DNA from: Synechococcales cyanobacterium S06 | GTDB lineage: Bacteria; Cyanobacteriota; Cyanobacteriia; Cyanobacteriales; JAABRE01 | Length of the DNA stretch: 64,000 nt | Direction: 5' to 3' | Assembly (NCBI GenBank): GCA_011391125.1 | Contig: JAABRE010000006.1 | Location: 33,131-97,130, forward strand | Shown: one piece after another, positions 51,501-62,643 of the stretch | How the letters are laid out: each line of letters starts with the position of its first letter | Position numbering within the stretch: the first letter of the stretch is position 1 | Notes under the pieces: generated by a model | The model's input: the letters and a program-made list of their open reading frames with translations, nothing else | Told to the model about the DNA's origin: nothing | Database searches by the model: none | Made by a program: the position numbers and the translations under genes

Positions 51501-53209
51501 ACACCGGTAATGTTGACCTCACCAACGTAGTGTTAACCGATGCCTTTGCTGGTGGTGCAACCTTAACCAGTGGTGATACCAACACCAACAACATCCTGGA
51601 AACCACAGAAACTTGGACTTACACTGCTGATTACGTTGTTACTCAAGCTGACCTCAATGCTGGTGGTACTTTGACCAACGTGGCGACGGTGGATACCAAC
51701 CAAACCGACCCACAATCTGATGATGCCATTAGCACGGTACAGCAAAATCCATCCTTAACCATTGATAAAGTTGCAAATAATCAATCCGTGACCGCAGCAG
51801 GTCAAGTAATTAATTACACCTACACCGTGACCAATACAGGCAACCAAACCCTAACTGGAGTTACCTTAAGTGATGACAACTTCACCCCAAGTAATACAGG
51901 TGATGATTTTAATCCGATTTTCTTTGGTGGGGATATCAATGGGGACAACAACTTAGATGTTGGAGAAAGCTGGATTTATACAGCCAGTCATACTGTGACT
52001 CAAGCAGAAATTGATGCTGGTACAAATTTAGTTAACGTTGCCACAGCTGATTCTAACCAAACCGAGCCAAAAACTGACACTGAAACTGTTGAAATCCCAC
52101 AAAACGACCTCCCAACCAACATTGAAATCGACAAGGTGACTACCAATGGAACCCTAACGGGCGACGGCATCACGGTTGCGGCCGGAAGTGCTATTCAGTG
52201 GATATATACAGTAAAGAACACAGGGGTTTTAAGCCTCAATAACGTCAGCGTGACCGATGACAACGGTACTTCAGGCGATCCAAGTGATGACTTCCAGGCC
52301 ACCTTAAATACCAGTACGGATGTTGGTAATGACGGCATTCTCTCTCCTAATGAGACCTGGACTTACACGTACTCGAGTACGGCGGTTGCTGGCAGCTATA
52401 ACAATATCGGCACGGTTACATCTGAGACTGTCAGTTTGAGTGATAATCGCACCCCCACCGCTAATGACTCTAGCAGCTATACCGGCGAATCAGCCATTAC
52501 GCCGCCAGGTGTTCGTACTCCTGGTTTCTGGCAGAACACCACATGGCAGAGGTTCTGGGATGGCCACGCCAATAATCAACCGGCACAAGCTGGGACTACC
52601 AACTTCCCCACTGGCGACCTGTTCCATTCGCCTTACACCAATTCTGCCACAGCTGGACAAGTCCTCGATCCGGTGACTAACAGTTATCAAATCGGGCTGC
52701 TCATCGGCGACTACAACCGCAATGGCATGACTGACACAGGGGAAGATACCCTCTTCTACACCCTTGATCAGGCACGCAAGATTGTTGATTCTAGTCAGCA
52801 CCCGAAAGGAGGGCAAAAAGATGATCGGTACACCCTCGGACGTGATCTCGTGGCTAGTTGGTTGAATTATCTCGCTGGCAACCCCATTGATACCGCCAAT
52901 TCCACCGATAAGGATGCCCGCTACTACATCAACGAGGCTGTTGATTGGCTGCAAGCCTTAACCCCAGACGAAAATGGCGATCAAAAGGGCGATGGCGCAC
53001 TCAATCAACTGGTCAACAGCACGGTAAATAGCCCGACTGTCAATTCCTACTGGAACACTGGTATTACCAGCGCAACGGGTTTACCAAGTCCCTACAACTT
53101 GAACACTGCTGCTGGTTTCTCCCTAGATGCTGGCAACACTATCCACACACAACTGGATAAGTATAACAATGGTTTAGGCTTGGCTGATGGGGTCTTCCAC
53201 GGAGGCTAA
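48581..53209 (+). CDS. Large acidic surface/adhesin-like protein with Ig-like DUF11/DUF7507-type repeats
   Basis: Repeated I.K...G..I.YT..V.NTGN..L..V.V.D...GETW.YT modules; DxNxD Ca-binding-like loops. Confidence 0.75.
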   Translation: MEDDSLDQSLMDPLVGELTESLPTVTTDKQDYAPGETVTITARGFEAGSTITLAIADDPNDPGDDGDADVYQPFSITDGGEGDLDGVANGQIITTWIVPKDNNGTGSGTPDALNATLILTATGDGIDHRFGTIDDQVATTTFTDADTDRVPVQFFYVPFPEDQLLQGLQAIEAGSTSPDPVNPVQTYISIAAIANNTIVYYDQWENGYDGDIANPLNLYSTSNLGGTQIWGDGNTANGAAPGVTTNAGDVINAGTVIVLNNSVSTTNLSAIDFDGRDKIAATQTIAVTKTGWASGSNTLLAGSVEVFDTNNWGTDYRAPVGVNIPDATDFQMFEYTSLAIMAGEGGALISFDNNNDGDFLDTGEFQNQILLEGESRFINGGVNVGAKVSSDKPVQVDILTGDIGSSYESRDSALLPTNLWSSSYYTPVSTPDQAQERAGTDTTVWLYNPGTSQISVTYERRESGVLTSSTITVPGGTAGGYVKQIIPDGSGAHFFTLGNEKFYAFSTTNSTDTNTNGNQAWDWGFSLIPQDSLTPQVLIGLGIGRDPTSSISPNENGNPVWVTPVGNGETAVDVYVDFDANPSTGSLTDPNGNKYDQKLSLKELERAKVYDTDDGNQTGTLIYTLGSGVKLAAAWGQDPTTANRLAPGLDVGTGVVPLPLFSAGKNGTLSDDKDNSGNVSPGDEIIYKIVVNNTSRAPVPNILLKDNLPADTTYVANSTTFKNALGVTTPIADDADDGSGTAFPLDGSGSLLDNVTALPVGGSYEVTFKVTIDSFPNLTPGTTQILNTGSATAVGTTIPFSDTTPLNFSTNINIEKFTNAEDADSETGPFILVGSPVTWTYNVTTTGNVWLSGISVTDSVSGVNPTAVDANYDGKNDGDTNQDNILQPGETWLYQATGTATPGQYSNIGTATGNPVYNDGTTPIPGLSSPSDTDWSHYFGAAPSLTIDKFFTNADDAIVDTAGETIEYTIVVDNTGNVDLTNVVLTDAFAGGATLTSGDTNTNNILETTETWTYTADYVVTQADLNAGGTLTNVATVDTNQTDPQSDDAISTVQQNPSLTIDKVANNQSVTAAGQVINYTYTVTNTGNQTLTGVTLSDDNFTPSNTGDDFNPIFFGGDINGDNNLDVGESWIYTASHTVTQAEIDAGTNLVNVATADSNQTEPKTDTETVEIPQNDLPTNIEIDKVTTNGTLTGDGITVAAGSAIQWIYTVKNTGVLSLNNVSVTDDNGTSGDPSDDFQATLNTSTDVGNDGILSPNETWTYTYSSTAVAGSYNNIGTVTSETVSLSDNRTPTANDSSSYTGESAITPPGVRTPGFWQNTTWQRFWDGHANNQPAQAGTTNFPTGDLFHSPYTNSATAGQVLDPVTNSYQIGLLIGDYNRNGMTDTGEDTLFYTLDQARKIVDSSQHPKGGQKDDRYTLGRDLVASWLNYLAGNPIDTANSTDKDARYYINEAVDWLQALTPDENGDQKGDGALNQLVNSTVNSPTVNSYWNTGITSATGLPSPYNLNTAAGFSLDAGNTIHTQLDKYNNGLGLADGVFHGG

Positions 53210-53264
53210 ATCCAGTCGAACAATTTAAGTTAGGCGGGAATCTTTCCCGACTAAACTAGAGTAA

Positions 53265-53298
53265 AAATCCCTGCCCAGATTACCTTGGGCAGGGATTT
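53265..53298 (+). terminator. Hairpin downstream of the surface-protein gene
   Basis: AAATCCCTGCCCA...TGGGCAGGGATTT. Confidence 0.7.
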
Positions 53299-53454
53299 AA
53301 ATTTTCAGACTAACGTTTTTACCACAATTACCATCACATTTACCACAATTTTTTCTCAATTAGAGAAAGACAAATAATTTTAAATTTATCATTAAATTGC
53401 TCTCCCTACAGTTTAATAAAGTCAAGAAAACTAAATGCTTTTTAACTGATATGA

Positions 53455-54423
53455 TCAGCTAATCTTAACTTTTTTGGCATATTGATAAACCGCTTTTACG
53501 TTATACCAATTAAGGAAAATTCGGGCGATTTCTAAGGCTAATTGGGGTTTATTTTGCTTTAGTAACCACTGTAATAAAGGTTTCATCGTGTTTTCATTTA
53601 AAAGGCCTCCTAATGTTAATATTCCCCATAAAATACGGTGTAAAACAGTCATTTGGATCATCATTTTTACCGCCAAAGTTGGGTGTTTTTGGTAAAATAA
53701 AACCCCCATTTTCCCTCTTTGTTGTTCCTGTTCAATTAAGTTGGGAATTTGCTCTAAATTAAAGGGAGGGTGCCAATGATAACCCACGGCTTCGGGACAT
53801 TTGATTAATTTTAACCCTAATTTTTTTAACCTTACGCCTAATTCTAAATCTTCCCAACCATATAACTGAAAATTGGTATCAAATAAACCAGCTTTTTCTA
53901 ACCAGTTACGATGAATTGCCACATTTCCTGTCGCAAAATAGGCAGCAGAATAGTCGGTAATTTTATATTTTTCGGCGGTAGGATTATCAAAATTACAGGT
54001 ATTTATAACCGCTCCATAGGTAAAAATAGGATTATTTTGCTCAAAATCTTTGCCGATCCCTAAAGCATTGGCGTGAAATTCTAAGAAGGTTTCTGTTACT
54101 ACTAAATCACTATCAATAAAAACAATTATATCTCCTTTTGCCTGCATTACTCCTAAGTTTCTGGCAATAGCTGGTCCTTGGTGATTTTGCAAAAATAACT
54201 TTACATGGGCTAACTTTTGTTTATTTTCTGTTAGCCAAGCTATGGTTTCATCGGTCGAACCATCATCCACCACAATTATTTCATAATCCTTAAAAGTCTG
54301 GTTTTCTAAAGCTAATAAACACTTCTCTAAAATCGGTAAACGATTATAAGTGGGAATAATTACACTAAACATTTGATTAATAAATTTATACTTTTTCGAT
54401 TTGTAGTTGCGATTTATTGCCAA
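53455..54423 (-). CDS. GT2 glycosyltransferase
   Basis: SVIIPTYNR, VVDDGSTD, FIDSD, YGWEDLELG; true start likely at MFSVIIP. Confidence 0.9.
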   Translation of the reverse strand: MAINRNYKSKKYKFINQMFSVIIPTYNRLPILEKCLLALENQTFKDYEIIVVDDGSTDETIAWLTENKQKLAHVKLFLQNHQGPAIARNLGVMQAKGDIIVFIDSDLVVTETFLEFHANALGIGKDFEQNNPIFTYGAVINTCNFDNPTAEKYKITDYSAAYFATGNVAIHRNWLEKAGLFDTNFQLYGWEDLELGVRLKKLGLKLIKCPEAVGYHWHPPFNLEQIPNLIEQEQQRGKMGVLFYQKHPTLAVKMMIQMTVLHRILWGILTLGGLLNENTMKPLLQWLLKQNKPQLALEIARIFLNWYNVKAVYQYAKKVKIS

Positions 54424-54551
54424 AGATAGCGCTAAAGCGCAACTACAAACCCAAATGTTAACAATCTGTAAAAAATCTTAACCTATTTTCTGGTATTAAA
54501 AATGGGGATCAAGTTACCCTAAAAAAGGAATCTTAAAAAAATAGGAACATT

Positions 54552-55970
54552 ATGGCAAAACGCACTTTTGGAGTCATTGGTTTAGCAGTCATGGGCGAAA
54601 ACCTCGCTCTCAACGTTGAAAGTAGAGGCTTTCCCATTGCAGTATATAATCGAACTGCTGCAAAAACCGAAGACTTTATGGCTAAAAGAGCAATTGGTAA
54701 AGATGTCAAAGCCGCTTACAGTCTTGAGGAATTTGTGCAGGTTTTGGAAAGACCCCGCAAAATTTTAGTGATGGTGAAAGCAGGCCAGCCAGTTGATGCC
54801 GTAATTCAAGAGCTGAAACCCTTATTAGAAGAGGGAGACATGATTATTGACGGCGGAAACTCCCTCTATGAAGACACCGAAAGACGCACCATTGAATTAG
54901 AAGCCACGGGTTTAGGCTTTGTTGGCATGGGAGTCAGCGGCGGAGAAGAAGGAGCACTCAACGGACCAAGTTTAATGCCCGGAGGCACAGAAAGTGCCTA
55001 TAAAGAATTAGAGCCCATTTTAGTGAAAATTGCTGCCCAAGTTGACGACGGTCCCTGTGTCACCTACATCGGTCCGCGGGGTGCTGGACATTACGTCAAA
55101 ATGGTCCACAACGGGATTGAATACGGCGATATGCAGTTGATTGCGGAAGCTTATGATTTACTGAAAAATGCCGCAGGATTGAGCAATGACGAGCTACACG
55201 AAGTATTTGCGGCTTGGAATGAGACAGATGAGTTAAATTCCTTTTTAATTGAGATTACTGCCGATATTTTTAAGTATATTGACTCCGAAACTAATCAGCA
55301 TTTAATTGACTTCATTGTCGATTCCGCCGGACAAAAAGGCACTGGCACTTGGACTGTCATGAATTCCTTACAATTAGGAGTGCCAATTCCTACCATTTAT
55401 GCAGCAGTTTATGCTAGGGCTATGTCATCCTACAAAACTGAGCGGGTTGCTGCTTCTAGCCAATTGACTGGACCAGTGGTTAAATTCGATGGCGAAGTGG
55501 ATCGGTTAGTGAATCAAATTAGAGATGCGCTATACTGCTCCAAAATGTGTTCCTATGCCCAAGGAATGGCACTTATTAGCAAGGCTTCGGCAGATTTTGA
55601 CTATAATCTTGATTTGGGAGAAATCGCCCGTATTTGGAAGGGTGGCTGTATTATTCGAGCAGGTTTCCTCGATAAAATTAAGTCGGCTTTTCATGACAAC
55701 CCCAGTTTGCCGAATTTACTGTTAGCTCCTGAGTTTAAACAATCAATTTTAGACCGTCAGGAAGCTTGGCGGGAAGTATTGATTACTGCGAACAAACTTG
55801 GTCTGGCAGTTCCTGCTTTTAGCGCCTCTTTAGATTATTTCGACAGTTATCGCCGAGCTACTCTACCCCAAAATTTAACCCAAGCTCAACGTGATTATTT
55901 CGGCGCACATACCTATGAACGCACCGACAAACCCCGTGGCGAATTTTTCCACACCGAATGGAGCAAATAA
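54552..55970 (+). CDS. gnd: 6-phosphogluconate dehydrogenase, decarboxylating
   Basis: GLAVMG, VSGGEEGA, KMVHNGIEY, QAQRDYFGAHTY. Confidence 0.97.
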   Translation: MAKRTFGVIGLAVMGENLALNVESRGFPIAVYNRTAAKTEDFMAKRAIGKDVKAAYSLEEFVQVLERPRKILVMVKAGQPVDAVIQELKPLLEEGDMIIDGGNSLYEDTERRTIELEATGLGFVGMGVSGGEEGALNGPSLMPGGTESAYKELEPILVKIAAQVDDGPCVTYIGPRGAGHYVKMVHNGIEYGDMQLIAEAYDLLKNAAGLSNDELHEVFAAWNETDELNSFLIEITADIFKYIDSETNQHLIDFIVDSAGQKGTGTWTVMNSLQLGVPIPTIYAAVYARAMSSYKTERVAASSQLTGPVVKFDGEVDRLVNQIRDALYCSKMCSYAQGMALISKASADFDYNLDLGEIARIWKGGCIIRAGFLDKIKSAFHDNPSLPNLLLAPEFKQSILDRQEAWREVLITANKLGLAVPAFSASLDYFDSYRRATLPQNLTQAQRDYFGAHTYERTDKPRGEFFHTEWSK

Positions 55971-56098
55971 GTTGGCTCGTTGTTGGGCTTCAGCCCAAGC
56001 AGATTCAGGGCTAGAGCATCAACAACGAACTGGATTAACTTGGCTCGTTGTTGGGCTTCAGCCCAAACATAGGTGGGGCTAGAGCATCAATAACGAAC
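55971..56098. repeat. Tandem pair of REP-like palindromes (GGCTCGTTGTTGGGCTTCAGCCC...GGGCTAGAGCATCAAyAACGAACT)
   Basis: Two ~60-bp units between convergent genes. Confidence 0.85.
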
Positions 56099-56796
56099 TA
56101 AATTAAATGTTGATAATGGTTTAAAGGTAAATTGGTGCGATTTTTTAGGTCGATTACTGAAGAATATAAGCCATTTTTTTCCCTTTCGACTACTATTTTT
56201 CTCGCTATTTCTGGAGTTATTCCACTTTCGATTAATTGACTTTCAGAAAACTTATTTAAACGTTGCCAAGAAATTGCAAAATCCTGATTAATATCATAAC
56301 TAAATGTTACTAAAGGTTCGATTTTATACACATAACTTTCAGGTATTCCAGCGACATCGGTTAATTCTTCTATGCTAGTAAAAGTAAAACCATCTTTTCT
56401 GATTGCTTCGATTTGATTAGCATAAACGATGGGTAAATCTAAATTATATACTAAGTCATCTTTTGAGGCTGTATTTATATCGATTTTACCTCGATATTCT
56501 GCGACAATATTCGCAGTTTCTCTGTCCGTAATAGCTACTTTTTTAAGACTGGTTTTTAGTAAATATTTTTTCTTTAAATAAAAAGATGTTCCTATTTGAA
56601 ATAACCAGATTAAAGGGAAGATTTCAGTAGAAGCTAAAATTAAGCTGATTCCTGTAATACCTAATCCTAACCAAATCCAAGGTTTAGTTTTCGTCTGATT
56701 TCCTGCATATACGAAACTTAATCCTCCGAAAACAGGAATAAAAGAATACCATAACCAGTTAGGTGTTTTTCTTAAAATAGTAGATAAATCTGACAT
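56098..56796 (-). CDS. Membrane protein with helix-hairpin-helix (ComEA-like) domains
   Basis: N-terminal TMs; KIDINTASKDDL, F.SIEEL..VAGI. Confidence 0.75.
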   Translation of the reverse strand: MSDLSTILRKTPNWLWYSFIPVFGGLSFVYAGNQTKTKPWIWLGLGITGISLILASTEIFPLIWLFQIGTSFYLKKKYLLKTSLKKVAITDRETANIVAEYRGKIDINTASKDDLVYNLDLPIVYANQIEAIRKDGFTFTSIEELTDVAGIPESYVYKIEPLVTFSYDINQDFAISWQRLNKFSESQLIESGITPEIARKIVVEREKNGLYSSVIDLKNRTNLPLNHYQHLI

Positions 56797-56800
56797 ATAT

Positions 56801-57157
56801 TTATAAAGAATCTAAGAATTTTCTTCGTTTTTGTTCATATTCTTCTGCTGTTATAATATCAGAATCATATAATTGTTTTAATTCCTTTAAAGTTGTAATT
56901 TTATCATGGGAAGATTCGTTAATATTACTAGGAATTAAATGGGGATTATATTTAATATTGAAAGCTTGTTCCGTCATGGAAATCAAACCAATAAACTCAA
57001 AAAAAGCGAGAATACTAGGAATATAAGTCCAGCAAAAAATTAAATAAAAAACACCTGCTTTTGTCTCCCCTAAATAAAATTTATGAAATCCTAAACCTCC
57101 ACCAAAAAAAGCTAATACTGTTGCTGTAGTTTTATTTTTTACGATTGTATTGCTCAT
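56801..57157 (-). CDS. TM2/NINE domain plus SHOCT domain protein
   Basis: LAFFGGGLGFHKFYLG; LKELKQLYDSDIITAEEYEQKRRKFL. Confidence 0.85.
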   Translation of the reverse strand: MSNTIVKNKTTATVLAFFGGGLGFHKFYLGETKAGVFYLIFCWTYIPSILAFFEFIGLISMTEQAFNIKYNPHLIPSNINESSHDKITTLKELKQLYDSDIITAEEYEQKRRKFLDSL

Positions 57158-57160
57158 ATT

Positions 57161-57397
57161 TTATTCCATCACTTTAAATTTGTCTTTTTTTTTGTTAGTT
57201 TTGGCGAGTTTTCCCATTAGAAAATATAATAACACGATCCCAATTTGTGCCTCTAATAAAACAACATAACCTTTGAGAAAAAAGTTAAGATTTGTTACGG
57301 AATTTAACGAAAATATTACAATTCCCAAGGTGAGATAGGGAAAAAATCGCCATTTATTTTGCAATAAAGTCCAATTGTGTTTGTCCTCTTGATTCAT
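57161..57397 (-). CDS. Small membrane hypothetical protein
   Basis: Two TM helices; tightly spaced with the downstream genes. Confidence 0.55.
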   Translation of the reverse strand: MNQEDKHNWTLLQNKWRFFPYLTLGIVIFSLNSVTNLNFFLKGYVVLLEAQIGIVLLYFLMGKLAKTNKKKDKFKVME

Positions 57398-57953
57398 ATT
57401 ATCCCAATTAAATTAATAGGATGGTCATTTTTGAGAGCTATTTTTTGCTTCTGGTTTGTAAATTTATTTTCTAAAATGTCGATCTTACTCTAGGATAACT
57501 CTTTTTTCTCGCCTAGTAGTAACGATAATCACAACTTTTCTAAGCCAATTTTCCAAGAAATTGTAATCTTGTCTTTTTTCTGTTTGTTTACTTTGCAAAT
57601 ATCCATCTGTTTATTCAAGTATTTAATAAATTTTAATAATTTTTTCCCTGATCCCTATCCATAATTTCACTGATCCCAATTAATACCATTAATGTTATTC
57701 TAAATTATAATTATCGAAAAATCTAACCTAAAAAGGTTGCTTTATTTGTTTCTTAGTGTTAAACTCTTTTCTCTGTAGTTATCAGGTATTTTCGTTAAAA
57801 GACAACAAAGTGTTCAAATTAATCTAACTTTGCGCATAAGATCACAGACAATAGATACTTTTACCTTCATAATAGATAAAATATTCTTTTTGATCATTAA
57901 TGACAAGACAATCAAAATAACTCCATTTAAGTACATTTTAGGAGGTGTAGGAC

Positions 57954-58148
57954 ATGATTCCATCCGTCAACTATACTCAATTTATTCGTTTTCTCCAAGA
58001 AGAATTAAGACTGTCTAATGATTCTATCGCCATTGCTGAACGTTCATTGCAAAAAAATCCTGGTCCTTTACCAATGATACTTTGGCAATACGGTTTAGTC
58101 ACTCTTGAAGATTTAGACAGGATATATGATTGGTTAGAAACGACTTAA
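57954..58148 (+). CDS. DUF2949 family protein
   Basis: FLQEEL.LS..SI.IA...PLPMILWQYGLVTLE.L..IYDWLE; AGGAGG RBS. Confidence 0.88.
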   Translation: MIPSVNYTQFIRFLQEELRLSNDSIAIAERSLQKNPGPLPMILWQYGLVTLEDLDRIYDWLETT

Positions 58149-58367
58149 AAATATCTTCATTAAACCATAATTGATGACTTATTTTTGAGGTTGTAATTTA
58201 TGTCAGAAGATTCTTATTTAGGTGACGATTTTTCCGAGTTAATATTCAATTATAAAAGGTCTTTTCTAAGACCTTTTATTTATGTTAAAAATAATTTAAT
58301 TAATCAGTTTGTTGCTGCACTTTACCACTAAAAAAAGAATATAATATATAAATTTAACAAATTTTAA

Positions 58368-60368
<2,001 letters not shown>

Positions 60369-60403
60369 TTGATAATGAATATTTGTTATTGGTTATTGCT
60401 AAA

Positions 60404-60443
60404 ATAACTGATAACTGATAACTGATAACTGATAACTGATAAC
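60404..60443. repeat. Heptamer tandem repeat (ATAACTG)n
   Basis: ~5.5 units abutting the cruG ATG. Confidence 0.9.
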
Positions 60444-61598
60444 ATGGCAACATTTTCCTTCTTTTTATTAATATTCCAAGGTTTTCCCAGTTTAATTTTT
60501 TTAGCTTCTTTGATAAAAGGCGCAACCCGTAAACCTCCTTTAACCCCGTCTCAACCCACTCTTGAATTATTGGGAAAAGTTAGCGTCGTTGTCCCTACCC
60601 TCAATGAAGCGGCCAGAATTGACCCCTGTTTACAAGGATTAACTCGCCAAAGTTACGAGGTGAGGGAAATTATCGTAGTGGATAGCTATTCAACTGATGG
60701 CACAGCCGACAAGGTGAAAAATCAGGCCAACACTGACCCCCGTTTCCGTGTCATCAATGATCCACCCCTCCCCCAAGGTTGGGTAGGAAGGCCATGGGCG
60801 CTGCACAATGGCTTTTTAAACAGTTCTCCCCAAAGTGAATGGATTTTGGGAGTTGATGCAGACACGCAACCTCAACCCGGTTTAGTGGCCAGTGTGGTTG
60901 AAGCTGCCAACGAGGAAGGTTATGATGTGTTGTCCTTGTCTCCCCAATTTATCCTCAAATACCCTGGAGAATGGTGGTTACAACCCGCTTTATTGATGAC
61001 TTTGCTATACAGATTTGATTCTGCAGGTGTAAAAAAACAAGCTCCTGACAGAGTAATGGCCAATGGTCAATGTTTCCTCGTTAAACGTCGTGTGTTGGAG
61101 CAATTAGAAGGTTACACGAGTGCGAAGGATTCTTTCTGCGATGATGTTACTTTAGCGCGATTTGCCGCCAAAAATGGCTTCAAAGTCGGTTTTTTGGATG
61201 GTGCTAAGGTGATCAAGGTGCGAATGTATCAAGGGATGGCCGAAACTTGGCAGGAGTGGGGAAGGTCATTAGACCTCAAAGATGCCGCCTCCCAAGGCCA
61301 ATTATGGCTGGAATTGTGGGTTTTATTAGCTATACAGGGCTTAAATTTACCTTTATGTATTGTCCTATTGTATAACCTATTCTTCGGCGCAAATTCCTTA
61401 TTTTTTGTGATTGTTCTGGGACTCAATGTATTTTTAATCTTGATTCGTTTTGCTATGTTGCTGGCGATCGCCCCATCGTATCAAAAGCCAATCCCGATAT
61501 TTTTCTGGTTGTCACCGTTTGCTGACGTTTTAGCCGTAGCGCGTATTTTCCTATCAGCGCAACAAAAGCCGAAAAATTGGCGGGGAAGGGATTATTAG
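60444..61598 (+). CDS. cruG: Carotenoid 2'-O-glycosyltransferase
   Basis: GT2 with GWVGRPWAL, VMANGQCF, EWGRSLDLKDA and a C-terminal WRGR.Y. Confidence 0.85.
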   Translation: MATFSFFLLIFQGFPSLIFLASLIKGATRKPPLTPSQPTLELLGKVSVVVPTLNEAARIDPCLQGLTRQSYEVREIIVVDSYSTDGTADKVKNQANTDPRFRVINDPPLPQGWVGRPWALHNGFLNSSPQSEWILGVDADTQPQPGLVASVVEAANEEGYDVLSLSPQFILKYPGEWWLQPALLMTLLYRFDSAGVKKQAPDRVMANGQCFLVKRRVLEQLEGYTSAKDSFCDDVTLARFAAKNGFKVGFLDGAKVIKVRMYQGMAETWQEWGRSLDLKDAASQGQLWLELWVLLAIQGLNLPLCIVLLYNLFFGANSLFFVIVLGLNVFLILIRFAMLLAIAPSYQKPIPIFFWLSPFADVLAVARIFLSAQQKPKNWRGRDY

Positions 61599-61665
61599 GT
61601 AAGAGGTAAATGATTTGTCAGAAATCGGATTTCTCTCCCCGTAAAATAAGATAAAAAACAGATTT

Positions 61666-62331
61666 TTAGGAGCAGGGAAAACGTTTTCTGAAAAGATTTG
61701 TTACCACACTTGAACTATTTTGGTTTGCAAGTTCAAAGTATTCTGCTATTAGTTGAGAGAGGTTAAAATTGGGGAAATAAATACTATCAGAAACAAGGGA
61801 ATAACTATCAGTTTCAAAACGATAAATTAGCAGTTGATCGTTTTTATAAATCCACACTTCTGGGACTTTATAGGGAAGATAATCATTGACATTTGTATAA
61901 CTGGTAACGTCAATTTCTAAGACTAAATCTGGTGCAGGTTCTTTAGTCCAATCAAGCCTATCTTTCCCCATGGTAACTTGCCAATTCGTGATATAAAAAC
62001 TATAGTCAGGTTCAATTCCACTTATTTCGGGTAAGTTCATGGTAATGGGAGTAAATGCTTCATATTTTTTACCTAAATGATCTAGTAAAATTTTAATTAC
62101 ATCAGCAATTATATTTGCTTTTCGGCCATGTTTAGGAAGAGGTGACATTAATAATATTTCTCCTTGTCGATATTTTATGCGTGGATTGGGTTTTTCGCCT
62201 TTTCGCTCAAGAAATGTTTGATAATCTGTCCAATTACCAACTAAATGAACTAATGTCCCCGGAGACAAATGGATTTTTTCTGGTGTAACAATGGCAATCA
62301 TTTTTATTCTCTGGTATAGGATAATTAACAA
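61666..62331 (-). CDS. Uma2 family endonuclease
   Basis: LMSPLPKH, EPD.SFY, PDLVLEIDVTS, VPEVWI. Confidence 0.88.
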   Translation of the reverse strand: MLIILYQRIKMIAIVTPEKIHLSPGTLVHLVGNWTDYQTFLERKGEKPNPRIKYRQGEILLMSPLPKHGRKANIIADVIKILLDHLGKKYEAFTPITMNLPEISGIEPDYSFYITNWQVTMGKDRLDWTKEPAPDLVLEIDVTSYTNVNDYLPYKVPEVWIYKNDQLLIYRFETDSYSLVSDSIYFPNFNLSQLIAEYFELANQNSSSVVTNLFRKRFPCS

Positions 62332-62643
62332 TTAGTAATTAGTAATTAATAAGTATTTAATTTTATTGTATTTAGAGGAGGAAAAAATAAGAGTTTTTCT
62401 TAAATTTAAACGTCTTATTTTAGCTAGAGTAATTGTCAATACTAAATAGGGAAGTGTAATTAAAGATAAAACGAATAAGGGTTCGTTGTTGCGCTTTAGC
62501 GCTCCTAAACTTAATTACGAAGTTAAAAAATACCTTTCTCTTTTTACTAATAATTATAACCATCTACTTATATCTACTAACTATTTTACTAATTTCTGAG
62601 AAAATGTGACAATAGAAGTTTGTACCTTTATTTAGTAGTATCC

